64,000 nt of DNA from Macrostomum hystrix (Eukaryota > Animalia > Platyhelminthes). Positions 1 to 12,000 of this stretch are shown here, piece by piece; positions within the stretch are counted from its first letter, which is position 1, and each line of letters opens with the position of its first letter. The notes beneath the pieces were generated by a model. That model searched no databases, was not told the DNA's origin, and worked only from the letters and a program-made list of their open reading frames with translations. Location: positions 1-64,000 of the forward strand of contig CATNEN010000003.1 in assembly GCA_950097015.1 (NCBI GenBank), in the 5' to 3' direction. The translations under genes and the position numbers were made by a program.

Positions 1-3000
1 ATCTACCTCTTGACTAGAGTAAGAGCACTTTCACTTAAGCAAACTGGCTACAGCCTTGAGTGTCCTTTGCAAATGATTAAATAGCAGCATGTATCGATCT
101 TTGCAAACAGCACGTGCAAAGCTGTTCTAGTGCACGTGCAAGAAGCTCAAGTTGTTCTTTTCGCTTTTTCATTTACGGCGTGATTTGCAAAAAGCTTGAG
201 CCTAGCTCTAACATTGCAGCATATTGACATCTATAGGAGCAGCTAGCTGAAACTCTAGCTGCGTTTCTATATTCCTGCTGATTGAGAGTGTGTAAACGCA
301 CGTTTCAATCAAGGAATTTAATTATTGCCCCAGCGCCCAGTTCACAGACACAGTTCCTTAGTTCTGAAATAGCAGCATATATCGATCTGTGCGAGAAGCA
401 CGCGCAAACCTGTTCTAGATCGCAACACGGAGCATGATTGTTTTCTATGGTTGTTCCTGTATCAGCGTGCATCATTGCGCCTCTCAAAGTCAGGCATGCT
501 AGCTGTAAGCTGCAATAGCAATCATTGGTTCTGATATTGCTGCACAAGACATCTGTGGGAGCAGCTAGATAAAACTTTAGCCGCGTTCATATCTACCTCT
601 TGACTAGAGTAAGAGCACTTTCACTTAAGCAAACTGGCTACAGCCTTGAGTGTCCCTTCAAAATGCTTAAATAGCAGCATGTATCGATCTTTGCAAACAG
701 CACGTGCAAAGCTGTTCTAGTGCACTTGCAAGAAGCTAAAATTGTTCTTTTCGCTTTTTCATTTACCGCGTGATTTGCAAAAAGCTTGAGCCTAGTTCTA
801 ACATTGCAGCATATTGACATCTGTAAGAGCAGCTAGCTGAAACTCTAGCTGCGTTTCTATATTCCTGCCTATTGAGAGTGTGTAAACGCACGTTTCAATC
901 AAGGAATTTAATTATAGCCTCAGCGCCTAAGTCAGAGACACAGTTCCTTAGTTCTGAAATAGCAGCATATATCGATCTGTGCGAGAAGCACGCGCAAACC
1001 TGTTCTAGATCGCAACACGGAGCATGATTGTTTTCTATGGTTGTTCCTGTATCAGCGTGCATCATTGCGCCTCTCAAAGTCAGGCATGCTAGCTGTAAGC
1101 TGCAATAGCAATCATTGGTTCTGATATTGCTGCACAAGACATCTGTGGGAGCAGCTAGATAAAACTTTAGCCGCGTTCATATCTACCTCTTGACTAGAGT
1201 AAGAGCACTTTCACTTAAGCAAACTGGCTACAGCCTTGAGTGTCCTTTGCAAATGATTAAATAGCAGCATGTATCGATCTTTGCAAACAGCACGTGCAAA
1301 GCTGTTCTAGTGCACGTGCAAGAAGCTCAAGTTGTTCTTTTCGCTTTTTCATTTACGGCGTGATTTGCAAAAAGCTTGAGCCTAGCTCTAAACATTGCAG
1401 CATATTGACATCTATAGGAGCAGCTAGCTGAAACTCTAGCTGCGTTTCTATATTCCTGCTGATTGAGAGTGTGTAAACGCACGTTTCAATCAAGGAATTT
1501 AATTATTGCCCCAGCGCCCAGTTCACAGACACAGTTCCTTAGTTCTGAAATAGCAGCATATATCGATCTGTGCGAGAAGCACGCGCAAACCTGTTCTAGA
1601 TCGCAACACGGAGCATGATTGTTTTCTATGGTTGTTCCTGTATCAGCGTGCATCATTGCGCCTCTCAAAGTCAGGCATGCTAGCTGTAAGCTGCAATAGC
1701 AATCATTGGTTCTGATATTGCTGCACAAGACATCTGTGGGAGCAGCTAGATAAAACTTTAGCCGCGTTCATATCTACCTCTTGACTAGAGTAAGAGCACT
1801 TTCACTTAAGCAAACTGGCTACAGCCTTGAGTGTCCCTTCAAAATGCTTAAATAGCAGCATGTAATCGATCTTTGCAAACAGCACGTGCAAAGCTGTTCT
1901 AGTGCACTTGCAAGAAGCTAAAATTGTTCTTTTCGCTTTTTCATTTACCGCGTGATTTGCAAAAAGCTTGAGCCTAGTTCTAACATTGCAGCATATTGAC
2001 ATCTGTAAGAGCAGCTAGCTGAAACTCTAGCTGCGTTTCTATATTCCTGCCTATTGAGAGTGTGTAAACGCACGTTTCAATCAAGGAATTTAATTATAGC
2101 CTCAGCGCCTAAGTCAGAGACACAGTTCCTTAGTTCTGAAATAGCAGCATATATCGATCTGTGCGAGAAGCACGCGCAAACCTGTTCTAGATCGCAACAC
2201 GGAGCATGATTGTTTTCTATGGTTGTTCCTGTATCAGCGTGCATCATTGCGCCTCTCAAAGTCAGGCATGCTAGCTGTAAGCTGCAATAGCAATCATTGG
2301 TTCTGATATTGCTGCACAAGACATCTGTGGGAGCAGCTAGATGAAAACTTTAGCCGCGTTCATATCTACCTCTTGACTAGGAGTAAGAGCACTTTCACTT
2401 AAGCAAACTGGCTACAGCCTTGAGTGTCCTTTGCAAATGATTAAATAGCAGCATGTATCGATCTTTGCAAACAGCACGTGCAAAGCTGTTCTAGTGCACG
2501 TGCAAGAAGCTCAAGTTGTTCTTTTCGCTTTTTCATTTACGGCGTGATTTGCAAAAAGCTTGAGCCTAGTTCTAACATTGCAGCATATTGACATCTGTAA
2601 GGAGCAGCTAGCTGAAACTCTAGCTGCGTTTCTATATTCCTGCTGATTGAGAGTGTGTAAACGCACGTTTTCAATCAAGGAATTTAATTATTGCCCCAGC
2701 GCCCAGTTCACAGACACAGTTCCTTAGTTCTGAAATAGCAGCATATATCGATCTGTGCGAGAAGCACGCGCAAACCTGTTCTAGATCGCTACACGGAGCA
2801 TGATTGTTTTCTATGGTTGTTCCTGTATCAGCGTGCATCATTGCGCCTCTCAAAGTCAGGCATGCTAGCTGTAAGCTGCAATAGCAATCATTGGTTCTGA
2901 TATTGCTGCACAAGACATCTGTGGGAGCAGCTAGATATAAAACTTTAGCTGCGTTCATATCTTCCTCTTGACTAGAGTAAGAGCACTTTCACTTAAGCAA

Positions 3001-6000
3001 ACTAGCTACAGCCTTGAGTGTCCCTTTAAAATGCTTAAATAGCAGCATGAATTGATCTTTGCAAACAGAACGTGCAAAGCTGTTCTAGTGCACGTGCAAG
3101 AAGCTCAAGTTGTTCTTTTCGCTTTTTCATTTGCGGCGTGATTTGCAAAAAGCTTGAGCCTAGCTCTAACATTGCAGCATATTGACATCTGTAGGAGCAG
3201 CTAGCTGAAACTCTAGCTGCGTTTCTATATTCCTGCTGATTGAGAGTGTGTAAACGCACGTTTCAATCAAGGAATTTAATTATAGCCTCAGCGCCCAGTT
3301 CACAGACACAGTTCCTTAGTTCTGAAATAGCAGCATATATCGATCTGTGCGAGAAGCACGCGCAAACCTGTTCTAGATGGCAACACGGAGCATGATTGTT
3401 TTCTATGGTTGTTCCTGTATCAGCGTGCATCATTGCGCCTCTCAAAGTCAGGCATGCGAGCTGTAAGCTGCAATAGCAATCATTGGTTCTGATATTGCTG
3501 CACAAGACATCTGTGGGAGCAGCTAGATAAAACTTTAGCCCCGTTCATATCTACCTCTTGACTAGAGTAAGAGCACTTTCACTTAAGCAAACTGGCTACA
3601 GCCTTGAGTGTCCTTTGCAAATGATTAAATAGCAGCATGTATCGATCTTTGCAAACAGCACGTGCAAAGCTGTTCTAGTGCACGTGCAAGAAGCTCAAGT
3701 TGTTCTTTTCGCTTTTTCATTTACGGCGTGATTTGCAAAAAGCTTGAGCCTAGTTCTAACATTGCAGCAGTATTGACATCTAGTAGGAGCAGCTAGCTGA
3801 AACTCTAGCTGCGTTTCTATATTCCTGCTGATTGAGAGTGTGTAAACGCACTGTTTCAATCAAGGAATTTAATTATTGCCCCAGCGCACAGTTCACAGAC
3901 ACAGTTCCTTAGTTCTGAAATAGCAGCATATATCGATCTGTGCGAGAAGCACGCGCAAACCTGTTCTAGATCGCTACACGGAGCATGATTGTTTTCTATG
4001 GTTGTTCCTGTATCAGCGTGCATCATTGCGCCTTTCAAAGTCAGGCATGCTAGCTGTAAGCTGCAATAGCAATCATTGGTTCTGATATTGCTGCACAAGA
4101 CATCTGTGGGAGCAGCTAGATATAAAACTTTAGCTGCGTTCATATCTTCCTCTTGACTAGAGTAAGAGCACTTTCACTTAAGCAAACTAGCTACAGCCTT
4201 GAGTTTTCCTTCAAAATGCTTAAATAGCAGCATGATATCGATCTTTGCAAACAGAACGTGCAAAGCTGTTCTAGTGCACGTGCAAGAAGCTCAAGTTGTT
4301 CTTTTCGCTTATTCATGTACGGCGTGTTTTGCAAAATCCTGAGACTAATTCTAACATTGCAGCATAATGACATCTGCGGGAGCAGCTAGCTAAAACTTTT
4401 GCTCCGTTCATATCTTCCAGCTGACTGGGAGAGTGTATAAGCGCCAATTCCAATCAAGGAAACAAAGTCTAGCCTCAGCGCCCCAACATAGTTCAGAAAA
4501 GCCATATAGCGCAATCAGTGCGAGAAGCACGCGCAAACCTGTTCTAGATCGCTACACGGAGCATGATTGTTTTCTATGGTTGTTCCTTTATCAGCGTGCA
4601 TCATTGCGCCTCTCAAAGTCAGGCATGCTAGCTGTAAGCTGCAATAGCAATCATTTGTTCTGATATTGCTGCACAAGACATCTGTGGGAGCAGCATAGAT
4701 AAAACTTTAGCCGCGTTCATATCTTACCTCTTGACTAGAGTAAGAGCACTTTCACTTAAGCAAACTAGCTACAGCCTTGAGTGTCCTTGCAAATGATTAA
4801 ATAGCAGCATGTAATCGATCTTTGCAAACAGCACGTGCAAAGCTGTTCTAGTGCACGTGCAAGAAGCTCAAGTTGTTCTTTTCGCTTTTTCATTTACGGC
4901 GTGATTTGCAAAAAGCTTGAGCCTAGCTCTAACATTGCAGCATATTGACATCTATAGGAGCAGCTAGCTGAAACTCTAGCTGCGTTTCTATATTCCTGCT
5001 GATTGAGAGTGTGTAAACGCACGTTTCAATCAAGGAATTTAATTATAGCCTCAGCGCCCAGTTTACAGACACAGTTCCTTAGTTCTGAAATAGCAGCATA
5101 TATCGATCTGTGCGAGAAGCACGCGCAAACCTGTTCTAGATCGCTAACACGGAGCATGATTGTTTTCTATGGTTGTTCCTGTATCAGCGTGCATCATTGC
5201 GCCTCTCAAAGTCAGGCATGCTAGCTGTAAGCTGCAATAGCAATCATTGGTTCTGATATTGCTGCACAAGACATCTGTGGGAGCAGCTAGATATAAAACT
5301 TTAGCTGCGTTCATATCTTCCTCTTGACTAGAGTAAGAGCACTTTCACTTAAGCAAACTAGCTACAGCCTTGAGTTTTTCTTCAAAATGCTTAAATAGCA
5401 GCATGAATTGATCTTTGCAAACAGAACGTGCAAAGCTGTTCTAGTGCACGTGCAAGAAGCTCAAAGTTGTTCTTTTCGCTTATTCATGTACGGCGTGATT
5501 TTGCAAAAAGCCTTGAGCCTAGTTCTAACATTGCAGCATAATTGACATCTGTAAGGAGCAGCTAGCTGAAACTTTAGCTCCGTTCATATCTTCCTGCCTA
5601 TGGAGAGTGTGTAAAGCGCCAAGTTCCAATCAAGGAATTAATTATAGCCTCAGCGCCCAGTTCACAGACACAGTCCTAGTTCATGAAATAGCAGCATATA
5701 TCGCATCAGTGCGAGAAGCACGCGCAAACCTGTTCTAGATCGCTACACGGAGCATGATTGTTTTCTATGGTTGTTCCTGTATCAGCGTGCATCATTGCGC
5801 CTCTCAAAGTCAGGCATGCTAGCTGTAAGCTGCAATAGCAATCATTTGTTCTGATATTGCTGCACAAGACATCTGTGGGAGCAGCTAGATAAAACTTTAG
5901 CCGCGTTCATATCTACCTCTTGACTAGAGTAAGAGCACTTTCACTTAAGCAAACTGGCTACAGCCTTGAGTGTCCTTTGCAAATGATTAAATAGCAGCAT

Positions 6001-9000
6001 GTATCGATCTTTGCAAACAGCACGTGCAAAGCTGTTCTAGTGCACGTGCAAGAAGCTCAAGTTGTTCTTTTCGCTTTTTCATTTACGGCGTGATTTGCAA
6101 AAAGCTTGAGCCTAGCTCTAACATTGCAGCATATTGACATCTATAGGAGCAGCTAGCTGAAACTCTAGCTGCGTTTCTATATTCCTGCTGATTGAGAGTG
6201 TGTAAACGCACGTTTCAATCAAGGAATTTAATTATAGCCTCAGCGCCCAGTTTACAGACACAGTTCCTTAGTTCTGAAATAGCAGCATATATCGATCTGT
6301 GCGAGAAGCACGCGCAAACCTGTTCTAGATGGCAACACGGAGCATGATTGTTTTCTATGGTTGTTCCTGTATCAGCGTGCATCATTGCGCCTCTCAAAGT
6401 CAGGCATGCTAGCTGTAAGCTGCAATAGCAATCATTGGTTCTGATATTGCTGCACAAGACATCTGTGGGAGCAGCTAGATATAAAACTTTAGCTGCGTTC
6501 ATATCTTCCTCTTGACTAGAGTAAGAGCACTTTCACTTAAGCAAACTAGCTACAGCCTTGAGTGTCCCTTCAAAATGCTTAAATAGCAGCATGTATCGAT
6601 CTTTGCAAACAGCACGTGCAAAGCTGTTCTAGTGCACTTGCAAGAAGCTAAAGTTGTTCTTTTCGCTTTTTCATTTACCGCGTGATTTGCAAAAAGCTTG
6701 AGCCTAGTTCTAACATTGCAGCATATTGACATCTGTAAGGAGCAGCTAGCTGAAACTCTAGCTGCGTTTCTATATTCCTGCCTATTGAGAGTGTGTAAAC
6801 GCACGTTTCAATCAAGGAATTTAATTATAGCCTCAGCGCCCAGTTCACAGACACAGTTCCTTAGTTCTGAAATAGCAGCATATATCGATCTGTGCGAGAA
6901 GCACGCGCAAACCTGTTCTAGATCGCAACACGGAGCATGATTGTTTTCTATGGTTGTTCCTGTATCAGCGTGCATCATTGCGCCTCTCAAAGTCAGGCAT
7001 GCTAGCTGTAAGCTGCAATAGCAATCATTGGTTCTGATATTGCTGCACAAGACATCTGTGGGAGCAGCTAGATAAAACTTTAGCCGCGTTCATATCTACC
7101 TCTTGACTAGAGTAAGAGCACTTTCACTTAAGCAAACTGGCTACAGCCTTGAGTGTCCTTTGCAAATGATTAAATAGCAGCATGTATCGATCTTTGCAAA
7201 CAGCACGTGCAAAGCTGTTCTAGTGCACGTGCAAGAAGCTCAAGTTGTTCTTTTCGCTTTTTCATTTGCGGCGTGATTTGCAAAAAGCTTGAGCCTAGCT
7301 CTAACATTGCAGCATATTGACATCTGTAGGAGCAGCTAGCTGAAACTCTAGCTGCGTTTCTATATTCCTGCCTATTGAGAGTGTGTAAACGCACGTTTCA
7401 ATCAAGGAATTTAATTATAGCCTCAGCGCCCAAGTCACAGACACAGTTCCTTAGTTCTGAAATAGCAGCATATATCGATCTGTGCGAGAAGCACGCGCAA
7501 ACCTGTTCTAGATGGCAACACGGAGCATGATTGTTTTCTATGGTTGTTCCTGTATCAGCGTGCATCATTGCGCCTCTCAAAGTCAGGCATGCTAGCTGTA
7601 AGCTGCAATAGCAATCATTGGTTCTGATATTGCTGCACAAGACATCTGTGGGAGCAGCTAGATAAAACTTTATCCGCGTTCATATCTACCTCTTGACTAG
7701 AGTAAGAGCACTTTCACTTAAGCAAACTGGCTACAGCCTTGAGTGTCCTTTGCAAATGATTAAATAGCAGCATGTATCGATCTTTGCAAACAGCACGTGC
7801 AAAGCTGTTCTAGTGCACGTGCAAGAAGCTCAAGTTGTTCTTTTCGCTTTTTCATTTACGGCGTGATTTGCAAAAAGCTTGAGCCTAGCTCTAACATTGC
7901 AGCATATTGACATCTATAGGAGCAGCTAGCTGAAACTCTAGCTGCGTTTCTATATTCCTGCTGATTGAGAGTGTGTAAACGCACGTTTCAATCAAGGAAT
8001 TTAATTATTAGCCCCAGCGCCCAGTTCACAGACACAGTTCCTTAGTTCTGAAATAGCAGCATATATCGATCTGTGCGAGAAGCACGCGCAAACCTGTTCT
8101 AGATCGCAACACGGAGCATGATTGTTTTCTATGGTTGTTCCTGTATCAGCGTGCATCATTGCGCCTCTCAAAGTCAGGCATGCTAGCTGTAAGCTGCAAT
8201 AGCAATCATTGGTTCTGATATTGCTGCACAAGACATCTGTGGGAGCAGCTAGATAAAACTTTAGCCGCGTTCATATCTACCTCTTGACTAGAGTAAGAGC
8301 ACTTTCACTTAAGCAAACTGGCTACAGCCTTGAGTGTCCCTTCAAAATGCTTAAATAGCAGCATGTATCGATCTTTGCAAACAGCACGTGCAAAGCTGTT
8401 CTAGTGCACTTGCAAGAAGCTAAAAGTTGTTCTTTTCGCTTTTTCATTTACCGCGTGATTTGCAAAAAGCTTGAGCCTAGTTCTAACATTGCAGCATATT
8501 GACATCTGTAAGAGCAGCTAGCTGAAACTCTAGCTGCGTTTCTATATTCCTGCCTATTGAGAGTGTGTAAACGCACGTTTCAATCAAGGAATTTAATTAT
8601 AGCCTCAGCGCCTAAGTCACGAGACACAGTTCCTTAGTTCTGAAATAGCAGCATATATCGATCTGTGCGAGAAGCACGCGCAAACCTGTTCTAGATCGCA
8701 ACACGGAGCATGATTGTTTTCTATGGTTGTTCCTGTATCAGCGTGCATCATTGCGCCTCTCAAAGTCAGGCATGCTAGCTGTAAGCTGCAATAGCAATCA
8801 TTGGTTCTGATATTGCTGCACAAGACATCTGTGGGAGCAGCTAGATAAAACTTTAGCCGCGTTCATATCTACCTCTTGACTAGAGTAAGAGCACTTTCAC
8901 TTAAGCAAACTGGCTACAGCCTTGAGTGTCCTTTGCAAATGATTAAATAGCAGCATGTATCGATCTCTGCAAACAGCACGTGCAAAGCTGTTCTAGTGCA

Positions 9001-12000
9001 CGTGCAAGAAGCTCAAGTTGTTCTTTTCGCTTTTTCATTTACGGCGTGATTTGCAAAAAGCTTGAGCCTAGCTCTAACATTGCAGCATATTGACATCTGT
9101 AGGAGCAGCTAGCTGAAACTCTAGCTGCGTTTCTATATTCCTGCCTATTGAGAGTGTGTAAACGCACGTTTCAATCAAGGAATTTAATTATAGCCTCAGC
9201 GCCCAAGTCACAGACACAGTTCCTTAGTTCTGAAATAGCAGCATATATCGATCTGTGCGAGAAGCACGCGCAAACCTGTTCTAGATCGCAACACGGAGCA
9301 TGATTGTTTTCTATGGTTGTTCCTGTATCAGCGTGCATCATTGCGCCTCTCAAAGTCAGGCATGCTAGCTGTAAGCTGCAATAGCAATCATTGGTTCTGA
9401 TATTGCTGCACAAGACATCTGTGGGAGCAGCTAGATATAAAACTTTAGCCTGCGTTCATATCTTCCTCTTGACTAGAGTAAGAGCACTTTCACTTAAGCA
9501 AACTAGCTACAGCCTTGAGTGTCCCTTCAAAATGCTTAAATAGCAGCATGTATCGATCTTTGCAAACAGCACGTGCAAAGCTGTTCTAGTGCACTTGCAA
9601 GAAGCTAAAATTGTTCTTTTCGCTTTTTCATTTACCGCGTGATTTGCAAAAAGCTTGAGCCTAGTTCTAACATTGCAGCATATTGACATCTGTAAGAGCA
9701 GCTAGCTGAAACTCTAGCTGCGTTTCTATATTCCTGCCTATTGAGAGTGTGTAAACGCACGTTTCAATCAAGGAATTTAATTATAGCCTCAGCGCCCAGT
9801 CACAGACACAGTTCCTTAGTTCTGAAATAGCAGCATATATCGATCTGTGCGAGAAGCACGCGCAAACCTGTTCTAGATGGCAACACGGAGCATGATTGTT
9901 TTCTATGGTTGTTCCTGTATCAGCGTGCATCATTGCGCCTCTCAAAGTCAGGCATGCTAGCTGTAAGCTGCAATAGCAATCATTGGTTCTGATATTGCTG
10001 CACAAGACATCTGTGGGAGCAGCTAGATATAAAACTTTTGCTGCGTTCATATCTTCCTCTTGACTAGAGTAAGAGCACTTTCACTTAAGCAAACTAGCTA
10101 CAGCCTTGAGTGTCCCTTGCAAATGATTAAATAGCAGCATGTATCGATCTTTGCAAACAGCACGTGCAAAGCTGTTCTAGTGCACTTGCAAGAAGCTAAA
10201 GTTGTTCTTTTCGCTTTTTCATTTACCGCGTGATTTGCAAAAAGCTTGAGCCTAGTTCTAACATTGCAGCATATTGACATCTGTAAGAGCAGCTAGCTGA
10301 AACTCTAGCTGCGTTTCTATATTCCTGCCTATTGAGAGTGTGTAAACGCACGTTTCAATCAAGGAATTTAATTATAGCCTCAGCGCCTAAGTCACCGACA
10401 CAGTTCCTTAGTTCTGAAATAGCAGCATATATCGATCTGTGCGAGAAGCACGCGCAAACCTGTTCTAGATCGCAACACGGAGCATGATTGTTTTCTATGG
10501 TTGTTCCTGTATCAGCGTGCATCATTGCGCCTCTCAAAGTCAGGCATGCTAGCTGTAAGCTGCAATAGCAATCATTGGTTCTGATATTGCTGCACAAGAC
10601 ATCTGTGGGAGCAGCTAGATAAAACTTTAGCTGCGTTCATATCTTCCTCTTGACTAGAGTAAGAGCACTTTCACTTAAGCAAACTAGCTACAGCCTTGAG
10701 TGTCCCTTCAAAATGCTTAAATAGCAGCATGTATCGATCTTTGCAAACAGCACGTGCAAAGCTGTTCTAGTGCACTTGCAAGAAGCTAAAATTGTTCTTT
10801 TCGCTTTTTCATTTACGGCGTGATTTGCAAAAAGCTTGAGCCTAGCTCTCACATTACAGCATATTGACATCTATAGGAGCAGCTAGCTGAAACTCTAGCT
10901 GCGTTTCTATATTCCTGCTGATTGAGAGTGTGTAAACGCACGTTTCAATCAAGGAATTTAATTATTGCCCCAGCGCCCAGTTCACAGACACAGTTCCTTA
11001 GTTCTGAAATAGCAGCATATATCGATCTGTGCGAGAAGCACGCGCAAACCTGTTCTAGATCGCAACACGGAGCATGATTGTTTTCTATGGTTGTTCCTGT
11101 ATCAGCGTGCATCATTGCGCCTCTCAAAGTTAGGCATGCTAGCTGTAAGCTGCAATAGCAATCATTTGTTCTGATATTGCTGCACAAGACATCTGTGGGA
11201 GCAGCTAGATATAAAACTTTTGCTGCGTTCATATCTTCCTCTTGACTAGAGTAAGAGCACTTTCACTTAAGCAAACTAGCTACAGCCTTGAGTGTCCCTT
11301 CAAAATGCTTAAATAGCAGCATGTATCGATCTTTGCAAACAGCACGTGCAAAGCTGTTCTAGTGCACTTGCAAGAAGCTAAAATTGTTCTTTTCGCTTTT
11401 TCATTTACCGCGTGATTTGCAAAAAGCTTGAGCCTAGTTCTAACATTGCAGCATATTGACATCTGTAAGAGCAGCTAGCTGAAACTCTAGCTGCGTTTCT
11501 ATATTCCTGCCTATTGAGAGTGTGTAAACGCACGTTTCAATCAAGGAATTTAATTATAGCCTCAGCGCCCAGTTCACAGACACAGTTCCTTAGTTCTGAA
11601 ATAGCAGCATATATCGATCTGTGCGAGAAGCACGCGCAAACCTGTTCTAGATCGCTACACGGAGCATGATTGTTTTCTATGGTTGTTCCTGTATCAGCGT
11701 CCATCATTGCGCCTCTCAAAGTCAGGCATGCTAGATGTAAGCTGCAATAGCAATCATTGGTTCTGATATTGCTGCACAAGACATCTGTGGGAGCAGCTAG
11801 ATGAAACTTTAGCCGCGTTCATATCTACCTCTTGACTGGAGTAAGAGCACTTTCACTTAAGCAAACTGGCTACAGCCTTGAGTGTCCTTTGCAAATGATT
11901 AAATAGCAGCATGTATCGATCTTTGCAAACAGCACGTGCAAAGCTGTTCTAGTGCACGTGCAAGAAGCTCAAGTTGTTCTTTTCCTTTTTTCATTTACGG

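Noticed and set aside
159-181. CENP-B box-like TTCG...CGGCG
   Set aside because: Spacing between TTCG and CGG is too long for the 17-bp CENP-B box.
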